NCBI GenBank assembly: GCA_964016885.1
Contig: OZ024741.1
Span: forward strand, 345,712,001-345,776,000
DNA from: Eledone cirrhosa
Lineage: Eukaryota
DNA: 64,000 nt
Reading direction: 5' to 3'
In this document: piece after piece, positions 29,671-47,775 of the stretch
Layout of the letters: each line of letters starts with the position of its first letter
Position numbering within the stretch: the stretch's first letter is position 1
Notes under the pieces: generated by a model
Told to the model about the DNA's origin: nothing
Databases searched by the model: none
What the model saw: the letters and a program-made list of their open reading frames with translations, nothing else
Program-made: the position numbers and the translations under genes

Positions 29671-30029
29671 TGCATGCCATCATGCATCCATCCATCCATC
29701 CATACATACATACATACACACATACACATACACACACACACACAAACACACACACACATTCATAGGCGATCTCTCGTTTTTCTCTTTCTCTGACTGTCCT
29801 TACGCGCACATACATATACATAGTCATGTATGCAGACAGAGTGACGTAGAAAAAACCTATCTTGTACACCCTCATTTTATAAACATACAACATACCTGAC
29901 ACAAAGGTGGTGACTATGGGAAAGAAACTTAAATCTACAGGGATGTAAATTAGTAATCGCATATACACAAACGCAGAAACCCACGCAAATGCACTCTCAG
30001 CCCCACCCCCACTCACAAACAACTTGTAA

Positions 30030-30536
30030 CCTCCCGAAGTTTCTCCAGGTTACAAGCTGAAACTACTCGAACTTGCAGACCTCTACCTCATTTCACCATG
30101 CATCGAATAGGAGCACTATAGTGACATACGACATTTCTTGGACATTTAAAACTTGGCGGAGTTCATCTCCTCTCCAGGTATGAACGCTGTCCATTTCTTC
30201 CAGAGAGAGAGCGAGAGGAGAGAGAGAGAGAGAGAGATAGAGAGAAAGAGGGGAGCGAGAGTGATAGAGAGGAAGTGAGAAAGAGATATAGAGGGAAAAT
30301 TGCCCCCAGATTTCGACTGGTACAATTTTTTCAGACTCAAAATTATAAAATGCTTCGGGTTGGTAAGTCCTTCATCTAAGATGCTACATGTAGTGACACT
30401 TTGTCTAACTGCGACTTCGAAAGTATGAAAAGCAAAGTTGACCTCCGTGGTATTTGGATTCAGGGCAGAGAGAGCCGGAACAAATACTACAATGTCTTCT
30501 ATCCGTCGTTCTAACAACTCTACCTATTCGCCGCCT
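30030..30536 (-). mobile_element. SINE family A long form, interrupted
   Basis: Head and core at 30415-30536, (AG)n linker, 3' part similar to 29571-29670. Confidence 0.65.
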
Positions 30537-32483
30537 ACACCTTCAATATTACTCAGCTACAATTGAAAGTTCATTGAACATATTTACTAAATTCTGAACA
30601 CTGCGCATACTCCGTCTCAACTAAACTAAACATTTAAACTTTTATCTCCCTTACCATCCTCCGAGGAAACGCCTTCTCTATTCTGTACGCCGGGGCTGTG
30701 GGGAGGCCAGCACGTGGGACCCCGTTTGCTCCCCATACGGAGAGATGGGGAGGGTGAGAGAGATGGAGGTGAAAACAGTGGGAGTTCGGCTCTTCCACGT
30801 TCGGACCATAATCTTGCGGTTGTGTTCATCAAGCCCTAGTGCACTAATGAAATATATGAAAAAATAATTAACCACATGAACAAGAATAATAATAAAACTT
30901 CTACGTCGCACATCTTACTCAAACATTTTTCGATATGTTATGCATCTATGTGAAGGGGCGTGACCTTCACGTTAGGGTGTTCTATTAACCATCATAACGC
31001 CATAGGTTCGACTCGTGAACCTGATGTTTTGTTCTTGAGCAACTTCTCGTTATTCCACTATACTCAGCTGAAAATGTGTACCAGAAGTAGTCAGTGGTTA
31101 ATGATGCGATGAACTGGTGACATGTCCAAGGTGGAATCTTCTATGCTCAGTCGCTTAACACCTATGAAACCGGATAAGCCTCGATCAGATCAGCCGCCTG
31201 GTACACATAATATAATAAACACGATTCTACTACACGTATGGAGTCACTTCATCAGTAAATGTTTGTTGTTTATAAAGCTATACATCTTTTTCTTCCTAAT
31301 ACAAACATAAAATAAATGATAAACAAGAACACCTATAATAGAATATTGTGATCCCCTTACATGAGGGACATTTGACGAACAAAAAAAAAAGTAAAAAAAA
31401 AGAAGAAAAAATGGAAAGTCAAGAACAGTTTCATTCGTTCTTTCAGAATCGACCTATAATTAGATTTTAGCTACGAATCAGTAATCTCACAGCTTGCTCT
31501 TGATGGAGAACATAGCTCTGTTTCTGAGGTACATGTAATACAGCTTGCATAATCATCAAGGAAGTGATCTACATTGTTTTATTTTTTCATCTATTTTGTT
31601 TTAATTTTTATCTCACCTTACTTTCCGAATTCTTTCCGAATACGTTAGTTATGAAGGAACGTATACTTCGCAAGTTTTCTTGGTGTAAAATATACTTTCA
31701 TTCTATCTTACAGCCGAACGGTTTGCAAAATTACCTGTCTAATTAAGCAATCTCTCTGTGGACTTCGCCATGTTTTATGCATGAAGTCATCAACAAAGTG
31801 TCCATTTTCTAGAATCCCGTGTATATTCAAAATACATGATATTTTATTTTTTTTCGCAAGAATTTCCCTGTGGTTGTTTCCCCCTCACTTTTGTTTTGCA
31901 TTTGTTACTGATTTCAGAAGGATACTTCTAAGAGTAACCGTGTATCAATATATGTGCATTCAACCAAGCTAATATTCTACAAGTGAAATGTGATTGTGGC
32001 ATGAGATAAATACAGAATCATTAGAAATACAGAAAGAAACTTTCTGTATTTCTAATACAACAAAGATAAGACCATTGCCAAAGATAAGGAGTAAAAGCTA
32101 GATTTACTGCAAAGATAGGGTAACAGCATTGATAGAGTAGTGTTTCGAATTTGCTTTATTCAGTTTACTTTAGGTTAATTCGGGCATGTTGATGGCATGA
32201 CATTTATTCGTTTTCTGATTCCTCCGCTTGAATCATTGCTAGTTAAGCATTGCGTAGCATGAGTAATACTATAATACCACGTGGACCTACTACACGAATA
32301 ACGTATAGATACGCTAAAGTTAATGATATGTTTAAGGTGATGAGAAGGAAATAAATGTTAATCAATGGAAATTATATTCGTAATAAGAAGAAAGGTCATT
32401 AGTGATAATTAAAGAAAGCAAATGAAGTTTCAATCCAATATCAGAAAGCACATTTTTTTTCATGTTATTATTTTAAGTTGCCC

Positions 32484-32690
32484 AAGGGCGGTGGATTGGC
32501 AGTATCGGTAAGAGTCGGACACCATGCTTTGTAGCATAGAGTTACAGTCCTTTACGGTCTGAGTTCAAATCCCGCCGAGGTTAACTTTGCCTTTCATCCT
32601 TACGGGGTCGATCAAATAAAACACCAGTAACGTACTGGGGTCGATTTAATAATCGACCTTCCCCTCCCACCAAATTACTGGCCTTGTGCC
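32484..32690 (+). mobile_element. tRNA-derived SINE, family A, near full length
   Basis: GGATTGGCAGTATCGG A box, GAGTTCAAATCCC B box, full core; very similar to 47576-47775. Confidence 0.9.
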
Positions 32691-33467
32691 AGCCAGCTTA
32701 TCATCACTCAATGTTTGGTTGATTAAATTTTCTAAATATCTTTCTCATGTCTCATTTGAGATCAAATTTCATTAACGCTAATGACTTTTCTTCCCATAAC
32801 GTTTATAATTTTATTACCGTTATAATGATATCCAAAGAGAAAAGTAAGCACCAGTGTGTCTCTCCATGGCTTCCAGGATTTGTGGCAAGCATGTCATAAG
32901 ATATGCTCAAACGGCAAAAATATTTGCAAAAGGTTAATTTCGCCAAGGTCCCAAAACCAGTTAGTGGTGTCAACCCGGGTGACGGATTAACTTTAATACC
33001 AAAGTGGGCCACTCTATCTTCAAATTTCACCCATCCCAGCGATGTCAAAATTAGTTTTCTTCCTTCTATACAGAGTCTATAAAATATATTACCAGAACAA
33101 ATACCACAAAACATCCGTTGCTACGCTCTAACGACTTTATGGTCAATTCACTGCCATATTAGTTTAATATTCTTCGTCATTTCTCTCTCTTTTTCAGCTC
33201 TTTCTTTTCAAATGTTCATACATTTATTGAGTAATTATAGGTGAATGATATACTTTGTTAGTAATCTCTGACTTTGGCGTGGCAACATCAGATAAGGCGT
33301 CATTATTAGATGATTCTGGAAAAGTTGTTCTATAGATATATAGATATATAACAAATAAAACATGAATTCATGTTTTATTTGTTGTTATACTATTTATAGT
33401 TTTAGTTTTTTTTTATGTTATCCTGCTAAAAGTAATAACAACAGTAATATTAGCAGCAGTAGCATTT

Positions 33468-33499
<32 letters not shown>

Positions 33500-33516
33500 G
33501 CTGCTGCTGCTGCTGC

Positions 33517-33547
<31 letters not shown>

Positions 33548-33669
33548 GATTTGCATCGTTGCCAAATAAACTTCCGGCATGATTATGTCAAGTTTTAGAT
33601 AATTGAGCTGCAAATATTGTTGGGAAGAAGTTAACTAAACAGGAACTAATATTGAAATTTTACATAATT

Positions 33670-36800
<3,131 letters not shown>

Positions 36801-37531
36801 TTTATATGTCTATACGTGTATAGGTGTATATTTGTGTTTCTGCATGTGTGTTTATATGTTTGTGTAGTCGTGTCTACATGTGTGGTCATGTGTGTGTATG
36901 GAAATTTGTGTGTCTGAACATTTATTAAAATTCTAATAATGTTTATATCACAAATATATCTGACTGATAATAAGAAAGTTGATATGTTTGACGTCACATA
37001 TACAATTGTTCTCATCAATGCTTAGACTTATTGCTTTTGTATATTGGAATTCTCACTTGGCACAACATATTCTATTTACTACATTTAAATAATGTATGTA
37101 TATTTATGGATGTCTTTGTGCTGGAAGCTGGCGTTCATACTATAGAGCCGATTACTAGAACAAGTCTAATATAGTATCTTTATTCGTATTTAGATCGGGA
37201 TCACCTTTCCTTCTAATCACTTTTCTCCATGTCAGCTTGTCAGTGCCAATATGCGCATTGAAGCTTCATCTATGAATGGAAACAGGAATATGAATTCGCC
37301 GTTTGTGAACATTTTACGTTACATATAACCACGATCGTTTCAAATAGGTTACATTTGATGGCTTTAGCTTTGAATTTGGAAAACTTCGCCTCTGCTGTAT
37401 ATAACTAAAAATAGTTTTTTCATAGAATCCCTTGTCTTTAAAATCTCTTAACCAATGACCCCCACCCATCTCCAAATTCACCACCTTCACCAACCCCCAA
37501 AACATAAATATAACAGTTTTACAAGACCAGT

Positions 37532-37574
37532 CGGCTTTTCTGATGATTTCTTTTGAATGAAACAGTATTAGTCG
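37532..37574 (+). ncRNA. Minimal hammerhead motif followed by a tail shared with 54070-54185
   Basis: cggct.ttt-CTGATGA-t.ttc.tttt.gaa.t-GAAA-cag-TA-tt.agtcg; stem I imperfect. Confidence 0.55.
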
Positions 37575-37790
37575 TGTAGAAGCCATTTCTATATTAAACA
37601 TGTTGTTTACTCTCTCCTAATGTATTGAGTACCTTATTAACTGTGGTTACCTCCGATCGAACGCGGGACTCACATATACACACACGCACGCACACACACA
37701 CACGCACATGTACACACACGCACACACACACACGCATATGCGCGCACACACACACACACATACACACACATACACACACATACACACATA

Positions 37791-37853
<63 letters not shown>

Positions 37854-37869
37854 TCACGCATATATATAT

Positions 37870-38450
37870 TGACACAATTTCGAATGATTATCCATCGGAC
37901 GAAGCCTTCTTAAGGCGCCTTAGACAGGCCTCTGTATCTTTTTAAAGCCTTAGAAATATTCTTTCAAACAACAATCTCAACCCTCATACTAACGCAACCA
38001 TCGAATCTACACTACATAAGCATCATTTGAGATCATTCGAGAATGTACTGTGTATCTATGATTCGTGTCCCTCGCATAGAATCCTATATGGTCAGCGTGT
38101 CCATGGTCATCACTTGGTTGGAAGACTGAATATGTGGTTTAAACTACAGATAAAGACTACTTTGATGCGAAATTACATCAATCCTTCAAATGTCGATGGT
38201 ATTGCTATCAACGTTCACTTTAGAATTTTCACTATTGAAAAGGGTTTGAGGACATGGGGGAAAACACACTAAACATTATGAAAAGAAACGAAAAAGGTGG
38301 TATGCTTAATAACTAAACTATTCATACAAACACTCATACGTTGTGTTTGTAGCTGAAGCTGCACATCAATTATTGGGATGTACAGTTTTCAACCGATCCT
38401 CAATGTAATGAGAAGATTGTCACGATTTAATTCGATGGACAACCATATGC
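37870..38450 (+). pseudogene. Highly decayed RTE-type LINE RT 3' fragment
   Basis: RRLRQASVSF, HRILYGQ..HG...GR...FK.QIK-like motifs. Confidence 0.5.
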
Positions 38451-38948
38451 TTGTATGCATATACATACATTTGTGCATGCGGGATTAAAATGATAAAAAT
38501 TTAATATAAAGACTGGTATATTTATGTGCTGAGGTGCTATAATATAGCTTATAAAACAGGGTGAAGACATTTAAAATCAGAAAAAGTTGTCATCGGCCGC
38601 TACGAGGAACAGCAACTTCTTTTTCACCAAGCCCACGAGCATACGACCATTTATATTAACTTTATCCGTCCCCCAGTGCTTCGTAAAATTCCGAGAGATC
38701 GGCTACGTATATAAAATATATTAATATTTAGATCCAGTGAAATACAGTGAAATAACCTAAATAAAAGCGAGAATTGTATATAAAACGAAAACTATTTACA
38801 AAGCAAGCAACCAACCCCAAAACATTAAAGAAGATGGACAGCCACAAGCTTATATGTAGATATACCCAGTTTAGTATGCAAAACTATGAATATACCTATA
38901 GCAAGATCTCGTAATACAGTGAAATAGTATAAATGAAACTGAAAATTA

Positions 38949-38992
<44 letters not shown>

Positions 38993-39023
38993 TGAGCTCT
39001 GCCGGTGGGGTCTTGAACTTTTT

Positions 39024-39058
<35 letters not shown>

Positions 39059-39340
39059 AAAAAAAAATTATATATACATCTATATATATATATATTTATT
39101 AGTCAGATATATATATGTATCCTATATGACTTAGCAAGCTATTTAGAACACTGGTTTAACCGTTTACTTCCCTCCAAAGAAGAGATATTATCTCGAAAAT
39201 TAAGGACATTTAAATAAATCTAAGGTAAAAGACTAATTATCAACAATATCTTTTGCATTTGCATTTTTTAAAATTCTATGTCCATACCTGCATTGTTTGG
39301 CTTTACAAATTCAAACGTTTATATATATATATATATATAT

Positions 39341-39540
39341 ATAGGAACGAGTAGGACCCCGACAGCTGAGCTCAAGCCGTTTCGACGGCTAATTATGGAC
39401 AGAATTAGCCGTCGAAACGGCTCGAGCTCAGCCGTCGGGGTCCTACTCGTTCCTATTACCCACTCTACTACCCTAAGTATTGAGTACTTTGGTGCGTTAT
39501 GGTCCACCTGGCTGGTTCCTTACCACATTTCCTTCGTTAT
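39341..39540. mobile_element. Asymmetric fold-back micro-element (GUC family)
   Basis: Palindrome 39341-39456, tail 39457-39540, inside (TA)n. Confidence 0.85.
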
Positions 39541-39554
39541 ATATATATATCTGA

Positions 39555-39686
<132 letters not shown>

Positions 39687-40387
39687 CTAATATATATATA
39701 TTTATATAATTAATTAATTCGTCATTGAGCTACATCGTGAATGGTCACCAAACACACATATATATATATCTATGACTTTGTCTAGTTTATGTATATGTAA
39801 ATATTTATATTTGATAATCTCCCATATGGTTGAGATGCAATTTAGGCAGTATTAGGCTGCGGTTTCTAGCAACCAGCCCACTCGCCATAAGGCACCAATC
39901 ACATTCTTTCTGACTTGACGACTGCCACGTCATAGTTCTTAGCCATTTTGAATTCGTTTCTGGCGGGGATCATTTAAGAAAAATCTTCGTCCATGTGAGT
40001 TTGTTTCCTGATGATTTCGAAACTCGTGAATTTATCCTTGATCGGATATTTCCAAATAGCCAAACATAATTTTGGTATGCTTATATACATTTTTTCTTCT
40101 AAGTTTGATTTTATACCTAATTGTGTATGGTTGACGATATATTTAATCGATTTCCACGTGCTATTAGAAATAGTGGGTAATTATTCTATAGCTGTTGATC
40201 GCGGATAGATAGTTGTCGTTTATTTATCTATTATTTCTTCATAGGTGCCTTTTAATCTTATAGCCTTGTTTAATTGTTTTTTTGTGTGGTTGATTATGCT
40301 GATTGTGAGAGGAAATAATGTATATATTTTATCAAATGATTCTATGGACATACTTTATTGTATATATATATATATATATATATATGA

Positions 40388-40444
<57 letters not shown>

Positions 40445-40449
<5 letters not shown>

Positions 40450-40643
40450 AAAATGTTCAAGACCCCGACGGCAGAGCTCAAGCCATTTCGACGGCTATTT
40501 CTGTCCAGAAATAGCCGTCGAAACGGCTTGAGCTATGTCGTCGGGGTCGTGAACATTTTCCTATTACCCAATCTACTACCCTAAGTATTGAGTACTCTGG
40601 TGCGTTATGGTCCATCTGGTTCCTTACCACACTTCCTTCGTTA
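40445..40643. mobile_element. Asymmetric fold-back micro-element (GUC family)
   Basis: Palindrome 40445-40564, tail 40565-40643, inside (TA)n. Confidence 0.85.
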
Positions 40644-41157
40644 TACATATATATATATATATCTGACTAATATATATACATATATATATATTTAATACAT
40701 TAACAGAGAAAGCTTTAACCAATACTCCGACCGACTTCCGTCTCACTCAACAAACACTAGGATATACCTTAGTATAATCCCAATTATACGTTTGGGGTGC
40801 TAACTATACGTATTTTGCGGATAGCCAGTTGTATTATTTTATATGAGACACAATTAAATACACCCCTCCTTTCAAACGATCGTTTCATTATAAGTTTTCT
40901 ACAAGTTGGGAAAATAATGTCCAGGTTATGTAGAGGCTTACCCATAGTCCACAGAAATATATGCAGGTGGGCAGTTATAAATTATCTGGATGCCCAACAA
41001 TATCGATATAAAAAACCTCTACCAATATTAACATTCAACGATGGCACCCGTCAGTGTTAGAGTGACCGCCAAATTTGAAATTCCAGCAGTCTCACAAAGA
41101 GAAATCTCACACCGTCACCAAGCGGGAAGGGGAGGTCATCGCAAAACATAAAAAGAT

Positions 41158-41230
<73 letters not shown>

Positions 41231-41234
<4 letters not shown>

Positions 41235-41930
41235 AGTTAAGAACTCAGGGTAGTCCCTTACGATTAAATACCTCTAAGAAAAAAGCTTTTCCGAGCCGTA
41301 CAATATAATTGAATAAACAAGAGAGATTAACACTAATATAAACACACATGTGTTCGAATCGTAAGGACTAAAATTTTCTAGGGTGAAAAAATACTAACTA
41401 CAGCAATATAGAATGTTATCCTTAACTTTAAATATTAAATTAAGAAAAATGAAGAAAAATAACAGACTTATATTGGGGAAAAATAGCCAATATATTTGTC
41501 GGCTCCATCATGTAGAGCTAAATTTTATTGTCCTGTCAGCCAGGCTGCTATTTTTAGCGGCAGGGAATTTCGAGACAAGCTGGGTTCCGATTGACACGTG
41601 CGATAATTCATATCGTACACAATTCATTCTCTAATATTTTTAGAAGTGAAAGGATCACTAATTCCTCAACAACTACTGCGGAGCAGAGAAACGTGAACAC
41701 TTCACTTAATAAGTCGTAGCGGAACAGTCTCCAACACTGTCTAGTTCTTACCAGGCATTTTTGCCCAATAAAGGTCTGTTATCTTTCTTAATTTTTCTTA
41801 ATTTAATATTTAAAGTTAAGGATAACAAACTATATTGCTGTAGTTAGTATTTTTTCACCCCAGCAAATTTTAGTCCTTACGATTCGAACACATGTATGTT
41901 TATATTAGTGTTCATCTCTCTTGTTTATTC

Positions 41931-41935
<5 letters not shown>
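41231..41935. mobile_element. Asymmetric inverted-repeat element in (TA)n, no canonical hammerhead seen
   Basis: Arms 41306-41488 and about 41753-41935, spacer about 265 bp, extra tail 41231-41305. Confidence 0.8.
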
Positions 41936-41967
<32 letters not shown>

Positions 41968-41969
<2 letters not shown>

Positions 41970-42843
41970 CAAGAGAAGTCCAGATATATGAACAGTTCAA
42001 ATCAAAATACGGATTGAACTTCCACAAATATTTATCAGAGAATTGGAAACGCTACTTGGATGATTGTCTCATTCTTTGGTCCCACACACTCGACCAACTG
42101 AAGGATTTCAAAAACTTAATAAACGGCATCAATAACCACATCCAATTCACAATGGAATACAGCCAAGATCAACTCCCATTTCTGGACATCTTAATCTTAA
42201 AAAAAGACACAAATATTGAAACTGACATACACTACAAACCAACAGATTCCAAACAATACCTGCTATTCACCTCCAACCATCCAAAGCACACGAAGACGAA
42301 CATTCTTTTTAACCCAGCAAGAAGAATTTGCACAATTGTCTCCAATTATGAAACGCGAAATAAAAGACTTCAAGAATTAAAGGAAATTCTACTCGAAAGA
42401 GAGTACCCACCATTACTAATAAATAATGGAATAGAAAGGGCTAAAGCAATAGGCATTGATGAATTACGAAAACAGAAACAAATTCAAGGTACGTCCAATA
42501 TTCTATCATATATCTCAACACACAACCCAAAATTTTGCTGTAAAAAATCCCTTCACTTGCTCATCAAAAAATCTAGTTTATGCCATTAAATGCAATGAAG
42601 ATTATATAGGACAAACTAAACTCACACTCAGAAACAGAATGACATTCATCGCCAACAATTACGAGATCCAACCACGAGACAGATACCACTAAGCGCACAT
42701 CTAGACATATGCGCAAGTAATAAGACACCCAAATTCCAAGTCTTCCCATTTTACCTTTGCGCTAACAATACAACAGAACAAATACGAATAAATAAGGAAA
42801 ATATGTTTATTCAAAAATATAGACCAGCATTAAATATGGTTTA
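41968..42843 (+). pseudogene. 5'-truncated PLE RT + GIY-YIG (Neptune-like type); 3' UTR runs to about 44085
   Basis: WKRYLDDCLILW, IQFTME, LPFLDI, TDIHYKPTDSKQYL, SNHPKH, ARRIC; FTCSSKNLVYAIKC..YIGQT..LRNRM. Confidence 0.9.
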
Positions 42844-43045
42844 ATATACATTATGTCAACACCATAACATGCTACCCATCCAAACAGACACATACACACA
42901 CACACAACACCTGCTACTTTAGAAAATAAAAACCCAAACTAAATAAACCTTAACATACGTTTGCGCTGACAATACAACAGAACAAATAAGAATAAGTAAG
43001 GAAAATATGTTCATTAAAAAATATTCCTACTAAAGGAATCATTTT

Positions 43046-43095
<50 letters not shown>

Positions 43096-43909
43096 ATATA
43101 TATATATTCTCTTCATCTTAACATGCTAACCATACTCCCACACACATAACACACATACACACTTATAACCCCCCCCACACCACACACAACTCCCTCCCCC
43201 ATTTCTACTAATAGAATCACTTTCCTACACACATATATACACACACACAAAATATATATATTCTTTCCATCTTAACATACTCTCCCCCCACACACAGATA
43301 ACACCTATATACACACACACACAACTCCCTCCCCCATTTCTACTAATAGAATCATCTTCCAATATACACACACACACACACAAGCACACAAATAAACATA
43401 CACATCTTTAATTTCTTTACTTCAATAGAAAATCTGAATTCTGACTCCCCAGCGAACTAACCATATTCACTGAACCAGAACAATTCTCCCATCCCATTTC
43501 TCTTGACCATTATCTTTTGCTTGTCATAAAATTCTCTAAAAAGGCTACAGAATAGATTTCCAAACAAGGGCGCGAATTTTAATGAAAACTTGTTCACGTG
43601 ACAGCCATAATTTCATTTATAACCAATCAAATTACGTTTATTAAAAAAAAGCCTTCGTGAGCCCCTTTTTTTTAAGCAAAAAGAAATTCAAACACTCATA
43701 TATGAAAAAACAACCTGTGCCTCCCCCCCCCTTGTTTGAAGAACTTTGTAACGCGAACTGGCGCGAAATTTATTATAATTATTGACCAACCAATCAAATT
43801 ACTTCTCTAAAAACCTGGCATTTCGAGCCACTTTTTTCCATATAAAACAAGTAACATTCAGAGACCAACCAGATGTGAGTAAAAGCACAGACCCTCCATC
43901 TCAACTCTA

Positions 43910-43945
43910 CTTTTGAAAAGCAGAAGAACTGCGAAACCGGTAAAG
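43910..43945 (+). ncRNA. Minimal type I hammerhead, U3-A8 core variant
   Basis: ctt-TTGAAAA-gcag.aagaa.ctgc-GAAA-ccgg-TA-aag. Confidence 0.78.
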
Positions 43946-44077
43946 GAACCAAATAAATATATATATATTTTTAAAAAATAAGACTCCAGTTGCATTTTCG
44001 ATTTCATTTTTTTTTCTTTATACTTTCACTCGTGTAGGACACCTCGGTTATTTTTCATTTTGTAAAATAAACCTCAC

Positions 44078-44146
<69 letters not shown>

Positions 44147-44430
44147 ACCAATAAAATAATCGATAAATTCTTCTCTCAAAAAAAATGACAAAACATTTTT
44201 CAAATATATTCGATTGATAATGATTTTTACGATCATTTGTTTTGTTAAAACTTATGATCGTGTAAAGAATAAAGAAAATTAAATTTGGGGGAAACATTGT
44301 ATTCTAATGAAATGATTTCAATGTTCAGCACAAACTTTATTTTTCTCTGACAAAAAAGAAAGAGGGAGAGAGAAACTGAGAAAGAGAAAGAAAGAGAGAA
44401 GGAGAGAGAGAAAAAACAAAAGAAAAAAAA

Positions 44431-44468
<38 letters not shown>

Positions 44469-44711
44469 GTTAAAGACAATATTTGAAAAACATTAATCAT
44501 CAAAAAAATAAATATCTGGATCGGTAAACCAGGAAATTAAGTCTTTTGGTCATTGGGTCGCTTTAATATTCTTTTTAATGTTGGTTGTTTATCTAATATT
44601 TCAGTTAGTGTTAATATAATTAAATCAAAGAGCATTAAGTGTTAAACGGGAAATAGCTTTGCTTTAGGAAGTATCGAGTATTAATGGGTAATATTTATAT
44701 GAATATAGGCG

Positions 44712-45050
44712 GGAAGACACTAGAATTGGTTGAGGACTTCCTATATCTGGGAGCAAAGGTTTGGAACACAGAGGATGATGTGGTTGAGAGGAAGAGCAAA
44801 GCCTGGGCGGCGTGCTACAGTTTGAGATCGGTGTGGAAGTAGGATCTTCGTAAAGACCTGAAGATCCGTCTCTTCGTTGCTACAGTGGAGTCTGTGCTAC
44901 TGTACGGGTCTGAGACTTGGACACTGACCAAGAAACTTACTCAGATGGTGGATGGGTGCTACATGAGAATACTGAGGATGGCTTTGAGCATTAATCAGTA
45001 TACACTGAGGATGAAGAACTCAGAGCTGCACAGGAGCCTCCCAAAAGTCA
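44712..45050 (+). pseudogene. LINE (RTE-like) RT fragment
   Basis: LELVEDFLYLG, KAWAA, KIRLFVATVESVLLYGSETWTLTK, DGCYMRILR. Confidence 0.8.
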
Positions 45051-45816
45051 ACTTGAAATGTCATTACGCTCCACTAAAAAATCTATCACTTATATCTGGT
45101 TTTTAGTAAACTGCACATATATGACAGCGCACTAATAACAGATTATATTTTGCTGAGGTTATGTGGGATGAGTGTTACTGATTTTGACGAGGTTTATTTA
45201 GTCTTGCCCCAGAGACACAAGTTCGAAATGGATGAACCTTAGTTAAAACGGCGAGGACACACAGCTGAGATTACCCTGTATAACTATATCTAAACATATA
45301 TTAAGTTCTAACCTGATATATGCTCTTTCTTCACACCGAACCATGAAAACATGTCTCATATATACCATATATACCAAATAGATATTGAGCTTATTGCTGT
45401 GGCTCTTGGGGTGTCACGCGAGTTTATACCAATACAATACCATTACTTGGGGGAGATGTGGTACAAGCGGGAGCAGCCACGGTTCTCCAGTCACTTGTGT
45501 TGATGTGTCCTATGCTGGAATGTTATCAGTGCCTGGGTGTAGTCTTGGACTTGTCATGTTACTGTATTGAACTGATGGTGATGGAATGGAAGGATCTGTG
45601 TGTGGCAGCTATCAACTGTGAAGATGGAGCGATCATCAATATACATACATATTACAACGATCAGTGTTCCGATTGATCCAATTAACAGAACAGCCAGCTC
45701 ATGAAATTAACGTGCAAGTGGCTGAGCATTCTACAGACACACGTACCCATAACGTAGTTCTCAGGGAGATTCAGTGTGACACAGAATGTGACAAAGCTGG
45801 CCATTCGAATTACAGG

Positions 45817-45851
<35 letters not shown>

Positions 45852-47575
45852 TAATCTGTCGATGGCAGTTTTCATGGCTTAGGCTTCTGACTGGGAATGT
45901 TGCCTGACAATTGATCATATGCGTGGGCTCAAAATTAATTTATTGATTAAAGTGTAAGCAGCGAGATCGAAATCATTGAATATCGATCTAAACCCTTATT
46001 ATTATAATTAACTCCCACAAATCTTTCTTTAATTATGGTCGAGTGCTCCTTATTGATGAAGTCATGCTGCTATATTCAGCATTGCCTCCTACACCAGCCA
46101 TTCTGCCACTGCTGCTGTAATTTTCTGACCGACTAGCAGTTAATGCTTCATGTGAGGTACCGGCACCGACTTCAAAATTTAGTAGTAAGGTCGATTTTTG
46201 GAAACCCCTGAATGGAGTTGCTGGTTGATGAGAATTCCATTGTCGGGAATTTGCTGGTTATAGATAAATTATTAATCGATGACCGGTGGATTCTCCACGA
46301 AATCGAAACATTACTATACCAGATATGAATTTTTGTATTCCGGCTGACTAAACTAGGTGCTAAACGGTGTGCTAAAATAGGAGGATACTGGCTGGCTCAA
46401 CTGATGAAATTGTGTGCACTTTACACTTTTCATATGTTAATCTGTCGATACAAAAATTGTATTGCTTTCTTGACTTAGGTTTCTGGCTGGGAATGTTGCT
46501 TTACAATTGATTCTATGCGTGTGCTCCAAATGAATTTGTTGATAAAATGATAAGCAACGAAATCCAAATCATTGGACATTGATCTAAACCCTTATTAATG
46601 TATATGTATTTATGTATATATGTATATGATGTATATATAGAAAGGATGCCAAACAGTTATTAGCCCATTCGAAACATTCAACCAGTGGTCACTATAGTTC
46701 GTAACTGAAAAAAAAAACAGTAACCTAATTCAAAATATTTTTCACAGCAAGACTCAAAGACATTCATCATTGATAATTTATTATAATATATTGAAAATCT
46801 ATATATATGTTATATGACCATCAACTATGAATATGATACAAACGCATACACACAAGAAAACATAGAATTAGACAAGAAAAAAGAGGCAACATTTTAAGCT
46901 GTCTAAGCTGTCTTCCAAAACATTTGTTTTTAAAAAGGGAGAAATTTGATAAGAAATAACTTGAAAACAAGAGATTAACACAGAATATTACAGAAATATA
47001 GAGTAACAATGGCAACAAAAGAAAGAAAGAATATAAAATTAAGAATCTCAGAAAATAACAGGAAAATTCTAAAATTAAAACGAAATGAACACTTTATAAA
47101 AGAAAAATGAGTTTCAATTAAAAAAAGAAAATGAAACGTAAAATCGGAGTAAAAATGTAAGAAAAAAAAATATATATACACATATATATATAATGAATTT
47201 GAATGACAGAAGAAAAATGAAAAGAATTAAAAAAGAAAGTGTTTTTATATTTAACAAAAGACAAATTATATAACACATAAAGCAAAGACATGAAAGAAAT
47301 CCAAAAATGAAAACCAAACAAATAAGAATATAAATGAAGAAGAGTTCAGATGTGGGGCGGGCCTATGATTATGAGTTGACGTGTGGCGAAGTAGGTTCAT
47401 TTTGCCTCCCGTCTCTTTGTATTTTTAATGAATATTGTTAAGATTGTATCTGTATTTCTTATAAGCGGGGAAGACGCGTTGTTTCTTATTATTTTTGCAC
47501 CATTAATGCACTGAGGTAATTCCTGGCCTTGTGCCTGAAATAGAAACAATTATTATTATTATCATCATTATCATC

Positions 47576-47775
47576 AAGGGTGGTGGATTGGCAGTATCGG
47601 TAGAGAGTCGGACACCATGCTTTGCAGCTTAGAGTTACGGCCCTTTACGGCCTGAGTTCAAATCCCGCCGAGGTTAACTTTGCCTTTCATCCTTACGGGG
47701 TCGATAAAATAAAGCACCAGTAACGTACTGGGGTCGATTTAATCGACTTCCCTCCCCCAAAATTACTGGCCTTGG
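47576..47775 (+). mobile_element. tRNA-derived SINE, family A
   Basis: Very similar to 32484-32690. Confidence 0.9.

Noticed and set aside
30049-30177. Apparent exon bounded by TTTCTCCAG and CAG/GTATGA
   Set aside because: Stops in all three frames, and the sequence is the antisense 3' part of a SINE
32484-32580. tRNA gene-like A and B boxes
   Set aside because: No cloverleaf; they continue into a multi-copy SINE core, some copies with TSDs
40005-40027. CTGATGA-tttc-GAAA hammerhead-like string
   Set aside because: No stem II, and no stem I or III consistent with a cleavage triplet
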